Shown here in pieces: positions 27,303-40,890 of a stretch of DNA of 64,000 nucleotides (position 1 is its first letter; each line of letters begins with the position of its first letter). The notes beneath the pieces are model-generated. The model was not told the origin of the DNA and ran no database searches. It saw only the letters and a program-made list of their open reading frames with translations. A program made the position numbers and the translations under genes. Source of the DNA: the human T2T-CHM13v2.0 reference genome, Homo sapiens; the NCBI RefSeq assembly GCF_009914755.1, contig NC_060935.1; one strand, 5' to 3'.

Positions 27303-27716
27303 TGTTAAATAAAAAATATTTTGACATTTGTAAAAAAGGTAAGGAAGACTTTATTCAGGACTATCACAACAGGTGTAAAGACTATGTCAGTAGATGAGAG
27401 AGATCTGGCTCAACTCTAAATACAACAATAACAAGTGGGAATTTATTGCCAAGGAGCAGGATGTGGGGCATTGGGTGGATGGAAAATGACTAAGGAGACA
27501 TCGACGGTAGTAGGATTCTTGCTGAAGAAAGGTGGGGGATGAGGAATTTGAACAGATATTGAGGGTAGGGGATTCTTTCTAGACTGACTTAGTAGAATCC
27601 TTGCTAAAACTAGGCTCTGCAGGCCCAGCAAGGGTCAAGGACAAGGTGGAGGCCTAGTCAAGAAGAGGGCTTAAAGGAGCCTGACTAAAATTTGGCCAAG
27701 GAGGGAGAATTTATCA
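27303..27716 (-). mobile_element. Solo LTR, MER31-like (ERV1)
   Basis: Minus strand begins TGATAAATTCTCCCTCCTTGGCCAAATTTTAGTCAGGCTCC, ends ..TTTAACA; 4-bp TSD attc/gttc. Confidence 0.75.
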
Positions 27717-27949
27717 GTTCCTATTGCTTGATTAAATGTAAGGACTCAGCTATTAGACTTGAACCCATGCAAGAGACTGTTAAATGAAGTGTAGAGTGAA
27801 TTCCAGAAAATTCTATTTTCTTATTGATGTAGACATCTGTGGCTGGGTTGACATAAATGATCAGAGTAGCTCTGAGAGATGGGATCTTTAAAATTTTCCT
27901 GATGCTGCACTGTGGAGTTGATTTACTTTTATTTATTAGACTTAAATAG

Positions 27950-28555
27950 GGTTTATTAAGTGCCAGGCACAGTTCTAAACCCTTTGCAAATATTAACTCA
28001 TATAATCCTCAAAACAATTCTATAAGGTGGTTATACCATCTTCCCATTTTATATATAATTATGCATTGTTTAACAACAAGAACACATTTTGAGAAAAACG
28101 TCCTTAGGCTGTTTTGTCATTGTACAAACATAATAGAGTATACTTACACAAGCCTAGATGGTATAGCCTACTACACACCTTGTCTGTATGGTCAAGTAGG
28201 CTATCCCACCTAGGCTACAAACCTTTACAGCATGTTACTGTACTGAGTACTGTAGGCAGTTGTAACACAGTGGTAAGTATGTATATCTAAATATATACAC
28301 ACATAGAAGAGGTACAGTAAAGATACAGTATAAAAGATTTTTAAAAAGATGCACCTGTGTAGGGCAGCTACAGTATAGTCTAATGTAACTACTGTGGTGT
28401 ATGTTTTTATGTGGTGCTTGACTGTGTGAGGAAACAAAGGCCCAGAGGAGTTAAATAATTTGTCCAAGGTCACATAGCAAGTAAGTGGTGGGGCTTGGAT
28501 TTCCACCCAGGCAGCCTGGCTCCAGAGTCTGCATTCTTAATCACTCGGTTAGGTT
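27950..28555 (-). mobile_element. MIR split by a Tigger3-type MITE
   Basis: tgccaggcacagttcta..cccattttata | tgaggaaacaaaggcccagaggagttaaataatttgtccaaggtcaca. Confidence 0.8.
28056..28424 (+). mobile_element. Tigger3a/MER7-type non-autonomous DNA transposon
   Basis: tacttacacaagcctagatggtatagcctactacacacct..ctaggctacaaacc..cagcatgttactgtactga; degenerate TIRs. Confidence 0.8.
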
Positions 28556-28889
28556 GCATCCTGGGCTGTTGACTCCCAGGGATTTACTTCTTATTATTCT
28601 GGGCTTTTCTTTTTCAGCCCATAAATAAAGAATTCTTTTTCTGGGTTTAGTCAGACTCTGGGCCTTGTTCAGACTGAAGTCAGGATTGCAGAGTATGTTT
28701 AACTTGAGTCTCAAAGTTATTTGTAAACAGCCTTTCAGGTCATCTTTTACCTTCTTGAAGAAAATCAGTAGTTTATTGGTAAAAACACATTTTCTACTTT
28801 TTCCACAGTTTATGCAGAATATTATTGGTGACTTTTTCTAATCAACTGTTGGCTTTTTTCCCGTCACCAGCAAGCTCAGTAGCATTCCT

Positions 28890-28924
<35 letters not shown>

Positions 28925-28937
28925 AAAAATGCTCCAG

Positions 28938-29180
28938 TAGCTGAACAATGAGAACATATGGCCACAGGGAGGGGAACAACATACACTGGGGCCTGTTTGG
29001 CCAGGGGGAGGTGTAGGGGGATGGAGAGCATCGGGAAAAATAGCTCAATGCATGCTGAGCTTAATACCTAGGTGATGGGTTGATAGGTGCAGCAAACCAC
29101 TATAACACACGTTTACCTATGTAACAAAACTGCACATCCTGGCTGTGTATCCTGGAACTTGAAATAAAATAAAATAAAAA
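28938..29180 (+). mobile_element. 5'-truncated L1PA 3' UTR fragment, sense to the gene
   Basis: gaacaatgagaacatatgg..cctaggtgatgggttgataggtgcagcaaacc..; (TAAAA)n tail; TSD aaaaatgctcca. Confidence 0.92.
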
Positions 29181-29519
29181 TGCTCCATTTATGGTGAGTG
29201 AGTGGTAGTTCCTTGATAAAGGCTTTGGTAAACTGACTTTCAGATAATACACATCTGCCACCAAAACTCTCTTAAAGCAGTAAATCTCCACTGTGTAGAT
29301 CAGACCAGATCCATTTTCAGTATTTATAGTGTCTTTAAATTTTGGTTAAATTAGTCAAACTGGTATTTTAAAGGATTCTGGTTAAATTAGTCAAACTGGT
29401 ATTAAAGGATTCTGGTTCATATAATACAAAATCAAAGTTATATAATTTTACATTTGGAAACTCATTCGGATTCAGTGGAACCTCACCTTATGGATTTTTT
29501 GCTTAACTTTTACTTGCAG

Positions 29520-29615
29520 ATCTGTCTATGGCAGTGCAGAAATTTTCCCAGTCATTGCAAGATTTCCAGTTTGAATGTATTGGTGATGCTGAAACAGATG
29601 ATGAAATTAGTATTG
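29520..29615 (+). CDS. ARHGAP42: Rho GTPase-activating protein 42 (GRAF3), coding exon 2 (BAR domain), 96 bp, phase 1-1
   Basis: Acceptor ttttacttgcag|A and donor G|gtaagt. Translates (N)[31 protein letters not shown](A), with the GRAF/oligophrenin BAR motif [12 protein letters not shown]. Confidence 0.96.
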
Positions 29616-29694
29616 GTAAGTACTACTGTTTTAGAAAGTTCTATTACTAATATTTATTTTACTGAAATCAAATAGACACACACCTAAATAATAA

Positions 29695-30055
<361 letters not shown>

Positions 30056-30608
30056 TAAAGAAAATATTATAAATTGTTTTTAAATCGAAGCTCTGTGTTT
30101 GTTTGTTTGTTGTTTCCATAAGGAAATGACTTAATCATTCTATAACTCAGGTCAGCCGAGCTTTGAATTATTCGTTCAAACAAATATATATTAGGTATCT
30201 ACTATTAAATATACCAGGCACTGGTTTAAAAAATTATCTTCCTTTTTTTTTCTTAATACTGGTTTCTTTTTTAATGTGAATATTTGTTTTTAAAGAAAAC
30301 AAATCAGCTATGATTCCCTAAACCAGTGTTGTTGCAGATGCAGAACATTACTGCGGATCAGGAGACTTGAACCCTAATCTGACGTTGCCTCAGTAATTTG
30401 GCAATGTGTCCCTGGGGAAACCATGCTCCTTTCTGAAACAGAAGGATTCATCTCCCATAAAATGAAGAGGTCGTGTTATATGAACTCTGAAGTTTTATCT
30501 ATATCTGACTTTTTATTGTTTGAAGGTCTGATTCTTATAACTCCCTCCACCCCCACCTTTTAAAGACCTCTACATTTTCCAGCTTATAGATGTGTGGTCC
30601 CTTTGTAG

Positions 30609-31185
<577 letters not shown>

Positions 31186-32017
31186 ATTTGTAATCCCCTT
31201 CATACCTCTCCACAATCACATTCCTCTTCTTCCTCTGCCCTTTCTTTTTCTTGTATAGTTCTACCAGTTATGTCTGTATTTCTAGACGGTATGTTTTATT
31301 AGCTTTGACTCCCTAAGTAGCAAGTCTTAGCACAGACCTCGCTGTGAAACAAAAGGGCAATGTTACCCCCACAAAAAGAAGGCTCTCAGGAGAAGCTAAG
31401 CTGAATGAATTTCAGCTTCATTGTGTGGCTTTAGCTTGCCTGCATTCACAAGAGCTCCTTTTGGAGAAATCTCTGGGCAGGGTACAGAGTCCTTATACAA
31501 GCTTTCTCTGCATGTGGAATTTACATGATGCATACATCATTGTGATCATATTCGCAGTCTTTCTGAGCAGATATATGCCAAGTGGTCACTCTCTTTGCTT
31601 GCCTTTTTAGAAGTGTTAGTTAATTTGAGGGGAGGGTGTAGTGGCTGGTCTTCTTTGGCCCTCAGTTTTGTGATCAAAGATGGTCCAGCCATGCCTGTCA
31701 CTTGCCTGAGGTATAGTTAAAGTGCCTCCAGGAATAAGGGAGAGCCCTCCCACATGCATGACTTCTTCCTCCTCACAGCAGAGCTGGGGAAGGGCAGCAT
31801 TAGGGATCATGCACTGCCAACATTTGGAACAATAGTGGTCATTTTGCTTGTCATTTCTTGACATTGGTGATATAAACGTCTGGTCCTCAACATAGGCTTT
31901 GTAGTATACACTTAGCCAGGTAAAAGCCTAGATTATATTACTAAAATACAAATATATTAGCATTATTACTTAGAAAAGCTATACCCACATATTTACGTAA
32001 CAGTTATTTTCACTTAG

Positions 32018-32314
32018 TTGTTTATTTATTTTGAGACAGAGTCTTGCTCTGTCACCTAGGCTGGAGTGCAGTGGCATGATCTCGGCTCACTGCAACCTCC
32101 GCCTCCTGGGTTTGAGTGATTCTCATGCCTCAGCCTCCTGAGTAACTGGGATTATAGGCGTATGCCACCATGCCCAGCTAATTTTTGTATTTTTAGTAGA
32201 GATGGGGTTTCCCCATGTTGGCCAAGTTGGTCTCAAACTCCTGACCTCAGGTGATCCACCTGCCTCAGCCTCCCAAAGTGCTGGGATTACAGGTGTGAAT
32301 CACCATGCCCAGCC
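32018..32314 (-). mobile_element. Alu (AluSx-type)
   Basis: Full dimer; TSD ttcacttagtt. Confidence 0.95.
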
Positions 32315-35030
32315 TTCACTTAGTTATATTAAGCTATAAATTCCATGAAGGCAGAAGCCAGATTTTTTTCTTTTTCAACCCTTTTAGCCTTAGCGCTTGA
32401 CCCAGATCCTAATAGTAGACCCTCAGATAAATTGTTCACTAAATGACATAATTTTCCTTATAAACTTTAATATTTTTCACTTATGTACATATTTTTCTAA
32501 TACAATGATATATATAATTTGGTATTTTTTTCTTTGGAAAGAGGATTATAGCAAATACTCCTGGGTTTCCACAGATGATATAATTTTAATGGCTTCATGA
32601 GTTTATTTCATCAGGTTCATATACATGAATTTATGAAATAGTCCCTATAGTATGTTCAGGTTACTTCTGGTTGACCCTTTACCTGTTATTGTTAAGAGTA
32701 CAGAAAACATCTTTCTGTATGTTTCCATTTCCATTAAGCTTCTTACTTAAAAGACATCTTGAAGTCACACATACATGTAGTAACTGCAGACGTAGGGTTT
32801 TTAATCACTATGCTACGCAGCCTTCTAGGCAGATGTTAGGTAATTTCCCCAAGTTGTAGTGAACTTGATATCTCAACAGTGGTTTGTTTGACTCTTTCCA
32901 CTTTGGCTAATTGAACATTGTTGTGCAGCTGTTGCAGGTTAGATTCGAGAGGTGTGAATTGATCAGTAGGTGAAGGCTTACAAGCAATGATTATTACATT
33001 AAATTTTAATGCTATATGGGCTTTGTGAAGTTAAATCTCAGGTTGGAGATCAGGAGATGAAGAATCTACACAAGCAGATGTAATGTTGCTTGCTAATTTT
33101 AAATCAGGAGACTTATTTAAACCCTTTGCACTCGGAATCTGATTTAAATAGCAATGCTATTAGGAAAACTTAGAGCAAAATGACTTACAAGTATAAAATA
33201 TTTCTGGAACAACTCCTGTAAAAATATAGATATGTTTCAATATCCTATTCAACACTTTTTACCCTTTACCTGAGCTCCCACATATACTCTAAACAGTTAA
33301 AAATAAATTATGTAGATAATAAAGAAGTAGTAGGAGGAGGCTCTGAAGAATCATTGCTGACCTGGAAGATTATGAGATTACACCAAGCTGTTCTACAAAG
33401 GACAATAAACTGGAAAATGTATCCCTGGGACTAACGTGTGTGTCTGGAGTGGGTGGAGCATAAGGATCACGCTTGTCCACCTTCATTGGCTTCAGTTCTA
33501 CGTGGGACGGTACAGCGTTTTCACTGTCTTTACCTTGTTGAAGCCTGAGTTCCAACGACTTCTTTATTGCTCTGATTTAATGAAAGAGGAATGAGGTAGG
33601 GACAGCTGTGACTCTGAGCAGCGAGCAATAGCCCCACAACACTCTCAGCTGGAGTAGGCTTGAGACCTACTGATGACATAGCCACAAAATACTGTGACTT
33701 ACAAAGAAGCTCATCTTTTGTATGTGGGTCATGTCAGTGCAAAATGACTTGAAAAGTAAGACATCGGCAGGCTTTCTGTGTGTAAGTTGGTGGTGGGAAT
33801 GGGTAGGAAGGGAAGAGGAAGATGAATAAAGATGTCTGCTTTCATTGCGCTTACAGTGGAAGAGGATAAAAAAAGGTTTTGGGCAAAGTAAGGAAGAGAA
33901 GGTGGTGTTACTCTATCAGTATAATTGCCTAATTATGAAAGTTGTTCTGGGAGGGTGTTTGATGTGTAGGCCCATGTCTGGCCTGTACATCTGTCCCAAC
34001 GCTTCACTGGTTCCCTCTGCCTCCACCCTTTTGGCCTGTGCTTGCTGGGTTTTTTGTTTTGTTTTGTTTTGCGCCAGTGACACACTGCTGGCTTGGAAGG
34101 AGGCAAAATGGGATTCGTTGTTCGAGACCCAGTGGGGAATTCCTGTGGCTCAGAGAGCAGGTCAGGACTGAAGTTCCAAGCAGGGCAGTGTCCTGCACTT
34201 TTTTTTTTTAGCACCTCCCTTTTCATTGAAGAGCATCAAGAGGCCATTGCCCTCCCTTCTCTAAGGATAAATGAGCTGCAGGTGAGCTTTGGCCTGTTCC
34301 CTTTCATCTGCTCACTGCAGTGCTGGGTGAGTGGGAAGTGGCCTATTGAGTCCATCCACATAACTTCCCACAGCTGCACTAACTGCCCACTTTTTATTTG
34401 GCTTTGGTGTTTTGAACTGAGTAAGGAAGACATTGAGTTAGGAGTACAGTGCTAGACACGCGGGGCTCAGAAATTGGTGATGGAGGGGAGAAGAGTGACT
34501 ATAAACCGGTATAAGATAGATTCAAGCTTCCTCTCATATATATTTATAGGGGTAGACCAAATACAAAAAGGTACCATCATTTAACTATAATTACACAAGT
34601 AATATGTATGTAAATACAAAAACAATACCCATTGCATCAGTCCTGGAGCACACTCTTGCATGGGAATTGATAACGTTCCAACATGAGTTATTTGCCCAGC
34701 CTTAAAACCTTACTGATAGGAAATAAAAGGTTATTTGTGCAGAAACTAAAATCATATTCTTTTGAAAACACTGTTTATGGTGGGTTAGTTCAAACGGCTG
34801 GATGTCCAAAGATACTACTGTGAATCTGCCTATGAGACGGGTTGTTTAGCTGCATTGATTTAGCACATTAGTGTATAGGATAATAAAAGACTTTAAGTCT
34901 GAGCACATCACTTGAGAATTTTTAACCACACCAAAGCTGGAGTATGCAAGTTACTCTATTTTGTTTTTGTATTAAGTACTTATAATTTGAAATCATTTTA
35001 AATCAAAGATTAAAAATGAGAAGACCTCTA

Positions 35031-35366
<336 letters not shown>

Positions 35367-35873
35367 TCAAACTGAACTAGTGCCAATAAAAATGTTAGTC
35401 ATTAATATGAGGCAAAGTTTATTCATTCTGTGTAATCTTGGAAACCATTGGAAAGTCCAGTTGCGATTGTGCGTAAACAGCTTGGTTAGTGATGTTGTGT
35501 GATGACCTAGACTCTCAGGAAAGTCTTGAACAGTATGAGCTTTGGACTCAAGAGATTAAACATTTACCAAGAAGGAGAGTCACTTTGCTAGTAAATATTT
35601 TTGGTGGAGACTTCATTCCTTTAGACACACCTAAACAGAAAATTCCTGTGGTAGTGACAGGCAATACACTACCATTTGTCAACTAAGGTAATAGCTCCAA
35701 ATTAGGAGTGGAGAAATGAGTCAGTCAGTTAGGTAGTTTGGATCAAACTATATTTTTTAACAATCCCCCAGCTATTTCTGACATAACTAGTGTATTGCTG
35801 GTCCCTTGTTTACTCCATTTTAAATGCAGATATGCAGACATAGCAACAAGGATAGTGCCTAATAGTTAGCATC

Positions 35874-36178
<305 letters not shown>

Positions 36179-37074
36179 CACGAAGAGCATGTCGCATTTT
36201 AAAAAAGAAGCTGTTTTATGGAAATGCTTGTACGAATCGTACATGTACTGATTGATGGATGAGAGCTCGAACATGAACCAAGTTTTGTGTACAGCATTGG
36301 CTGAGGTGCCCTGACATTTTTACTTCTTGTTCTGTCTTTAGGAGAATGTGTTGAAAGGTGAAGGTATAGCAGGTTAAAATAGTGGCAATTCAAGTCACAG
36401 GGGCTTTACTATGTCTTCCTGTGCTGGCAGTGCTTTGCCAAGGTGCAAATATTTATTGTTTGATTACCTCTCTGAGGCTGGGTGTGCATCAGTGGGTTAC
36501 TGTGGTGAGGTGACTCACATTGATCTGTAGATAGAAGCCTGAGAGTGATCTTGGATACCTGATCTGAGGGTGTCAAGAAGAATTTTTTCAAGGGAGTGGT
36601 TGGAAAATCTCATTCAGTTTCTTTGTTAGAAGAGTGACTGTGTAAAAAGGCATAAAATTTTTACTTACTTTGAAGATGCGTCTGTTAGGTCAAATGGAAA
36701 GGTAATATTTGATTCTGTTTCCCAAATGAGAAATAGGAATATAGTCTAGGGTGGAAAGTATGGGAAACAATTTACTTTTTGTATTTGGAAAGGATTCCTC
36801 TATAGTGTAGAAACACTTTGAGAGATAATAGCTTTTGTTTCAGGTTAAAAATCATAACTGCCATAATAAATGCAGAAAATGCGTTCAAAAGATCATTAAT
36901 AATTTTTCTTAAAAAAAAGACCTATTTTCTTTTTTGACTTAAACAAATTCAATGATTAAATTATTGAAAATGCTTCTGTGAAAATTTTCTTCAGAATTTG
37001 GTCATGAGTACAAATATGCATTTTTACAGTTTACTCAATATTTGTCTAGTGGTATTGTGATACAAAAGGTAGAA

Positions 37075-37370
37075 CTGGGCGGGGTGTGATAGTTCACACC
37101 TATAATCCTAGTGCTTGCAGAAGCCATGGCGGGAGGAATGCTTGAGACCAGGAGTCCCAGACCATCCTGGATGAGGCCCCAGTTCTATAAAAAGTAAAAA
37201 TTTAGCCAGGCATGGTGGCATGCACCTATAGACCTAGCTACTCAGGAGGCTGAGGCTGCAGGATCCCTTGAGCCCAGAAGCTGAGGTTACATTAAACTAT
37301 GATCACACCACTGTACTGCAGCCTGGGTAACATGTTGAGACCCTGTCTCTTAAGAAAAAAAAAAAAGAAA
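37075..37370 (+). mobile_element. Alu (AluJ-type)
   Basis: Diverged dimer. Confidence 0.9.
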
Positions 37371-38319
37371 CGGTGAAGTTGTTTGTAGCCATGAGATTCT
37401 TCTTGGGCATTTTTAGGAAAAATTTCTAAACCAAAGGCAATGCCATTATCAACCACAGCTGAACTCTTCTAAAAGAGACCTGTGATATTTTATTAAATTT
37501 GAGGAAGTAAACTACCTTCTCATTTGCTGAATCAAAAAAAAAATATCCATCATTCTTTACAGACCCTCATTACAACCACTTAAATGTGGTTATATAAATC
37601 AGGAAGTCGTGTATTAAAGTGGAACATTTCTAAATGCCTAAATTGTTTATACAAATAACATTTTCTTTTTAACTCTGCAGAGGAAGCATATTTTACTTTT
37701 TAATAGCTCTCAGTTGGACAATTGAATTATTGTTTTCCTGTTTTTTTTTTAAACCACCCTTATTTTTGTACCCACACAGAAACCACCCACAATTAATGAT
37801 GGAAGCAGCTGGGAAAGTTGCACATTTCAGGTGGTGTTCCTCTCTTAAAAAAAACACGCTGCTTGAGAGAGATGCTTTTATCATATTAGCTGTGTATTTT
37901 GAAGCACTTTATTTGACTTAATTTGAAATTCAAAAGCTTAGGTGTTTCATATTTCAGGCTTCGAGTTAAAAAACAACCTGAAAACTTGTCATGTCACAAG
38001 CCTGGAAAGAAATTTATTTTTTAACTGATGGATAGACATTAATCCCCTAAAACCTCATTCTTTTTTTGTGACTTTGTTCTGCCCAACAAAAAATAGCCCA
38101 GTCTTTTGTACAGAGGGCTCACTTGCTTATCACTTGTAGCAAATTATATGCTCTTTGAGGTCTGAAAGTTTTACTCATATTCCTATTCCTTCGTAGTACT
38201 TTAGAGCTTTATTTGTAGCAAAGATTTAATATTTGTAGAGTGAACAACCACAGCTGTAAAAGCTATTAAACTTTTACAGAAATGAATCACTTTAGGGTAA
38301 ATAGAATTTTAGAGCCTTA

Positions 38320-38640
<321 letters not shown>

Positions 38641-38675
<35 letters not shown>

Positions 38676-38782
38676 TATATACACGTATATATATACATAT
38701 ACATGCGTATATATACGTATATATATACATATACATACGTATATATACGTATATATACATATATACGTGTATATATATGTAC
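38641..38782. repeat. Compound (AT)n/(AC)n/ATACGT microsatellite
   Basis: Direct reading; strict purine-pyrimidine alternation. Confidence 0.95.
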
Positions 38783-38920
38783 TTACTTGAATATATCTAC
38801 TATGGTTCTTTTCAGTATGCTAATCTAAATTTTCAGAGGGTAATAGGTCATAAATTAACACACATGCACACACATATGTAATTTTTACATGTACTTTAGA
38901 ATCATTTAGAACAAGTTTTT

Positions 38921-39220
38921 GGCTGGGTGCGGTGACTCACATCTGTAATCCCAGCACTTTGGGAGGCTGAGGCAGGTGTATTACCTGAAGTCAGGAGTTC
39001 GAGACCTGCCTGGCCAACATGGTGAAACCCTGTCTCTACTAAAAATAGAAAATTTGGCCAGGCATGGTGGCGTGTGCCTGTTGTCTCAGCTACTCGGGAG
39101 GCTGAGGCGGGAGAATTGCTTGAACCTGGGAGTCAGAGGTTGCAGTGATCCAAGATTGCGCCACTGCACTCTAGCCTGGGGGACAGAGTGAGACTCCATC
39201 TCAAAAACTAAAAAAAAAAA
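38921..39220 (+). mobile_element. Alu (AluSx-type)
   Basis: Full dimer; TSD aacaagtttt. Confidence 0.95.
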
Positions 39221-40694
39221 CAAGTTTTAAAAATATTTATAAATATTAAAATAAATTTTAAACCAGAGTTAAAAATTTATTCTCTTTTTGCATTTATTCA
39301 ATATTTATTGACTACCTGTTATGTGACAAGAACTGTGCTTGTGAAAAAGGTGGTCCAAATTTTGCTCTCATGGAGTGTACAAACTAAAGGATAAGGTGGT
39401 AAACCCCTTTTTTAAAATAACATGACTTTAAAAAAGGCTTATTTCAGGGAGGTGGATAGAGAGTCAAGGAGAACTTTTATCTATGGTTAGTAAAAAATAA
39501 TCTCAACAAAATAATTAGTGTAATAAATGCTATGACCTATGCTAATTTGGGATGCAGAAATATATACTTGATCCTAATTATTTGCAAGTTTTATATTTGT
39601 GAATTAACATATTCTAAAATGTATTGGTAACCCCAAAAGCAATATTGCTGGTGCATTTGTGGATATGGGCAGAACAGTGATGAAGTTGGTCCACCTGACC
39701 CACCCAGGATCCACTCTATGAAGCATGGTGGAGCGTTATTGAAGACTAATAATACGATAGGTTTTTTGCTCTTCTGTAAGAGCGACATTGTTAAAGCCGA
39801 AGGCCGATGGGGATTAGAGTCAGAAACCGGCTTTGTAGCTTTCTCTTGCCTCTCTTTTGAACTTGTCTGTGCCTGCATTTCCTGGTTATACAACTCATTT
39901 ATTCAGTAAATACTTAAGTATCAACCAGATCTAAGCCACAATGGGTGGCATAAGTAGTTTAAATTTTTTTTGGAGGACACCAACATTAAACAACCAAAGA
40001 CGTGAAGTCACAATTGTTTTGAATCGTGTAAAAACAAAGCTAATTATGCTAAGAGAACATAGTCAAGATAGACTAGGCATTGTTGGGTGCCTATTGGTTA
40101 ACATCAGAGCCTAGAAAAATAAGTGATGGCCCTTGTGGGTGTTATGGGCACAGCTTGCACTTTTGTTAATTGGAAAGAGTTCAATAGTAATAGATCATTT
40201 CTCAAAGTTCAGCCCACTGGCCCTGTTTTTTTGGTGTTTTCCTAGTTTTCTTTGTGGAGTTTCTCTAACTTATGTTAAATATACTGTAATATAAATTAAT
40301 CAGCTTTAAAATAGCCTTTGAGGATGGTATTGTACAATAGGTGTTTTCTTGGTGTGGAGTAGTTTACCTCTTTCTCTCTGGGAGCTGCATTTCTATAGTT
40401 CTAGGATCTTTCTCTTACTTTCTTTATGTACATGTGAGGGTGGGGAGGAACAACATGAACTGTTTTTTTTTTTTCTGAATGATCGGAAAATGCTACTTCT
40501 GACTTAGAAATGTTGGCTTGGTTTCCCAAATCACAACTTTAGTATAGTGGAGTAGAAGGAGACTTTGGTGAGCATGGGAGATAATGCTGATGTTTTCCTT
40601 CAGACCCAGAGGTGAAATGATTTTCTGAAGTCACATGGGTACTAGAACCTTGATAACTGGCTCTTAGGTTGTCAACTTTGACTTTGAGGTTACT

Positions 40695-40890
40695 TGTTCA
40701 TTCACTCAATAAATACTTACCAAGCACCGAGAATTTGTCAGGTACCATGTTAGGTGCTGAAGATACATCATTGTGCAAAACAGAAATAAATCCTCACCCC
40801 AAGGGGGTTTGTATTCTTGTCAGAGGAATTAAATGATAAAACAGTTAAGTTCACTATATATTAAACTATGAGAAGTGCTACAAAGAGTCA
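40695..40890 (-). mobile_element. L2 3' end
   Basis: ttcattcactcaataaatacttaccaagcacc..tgtcaggtaccatgttaggtgctgaagataca. Confidence 0.75.

Noticed and set aside
29454-29675. 73-aa ORF (and 54246-54440, 64 aa) overlapping the real exons
   Set aside because: Wrong reading frames; the true frames are set by the splice sites and the BAR-domain match.
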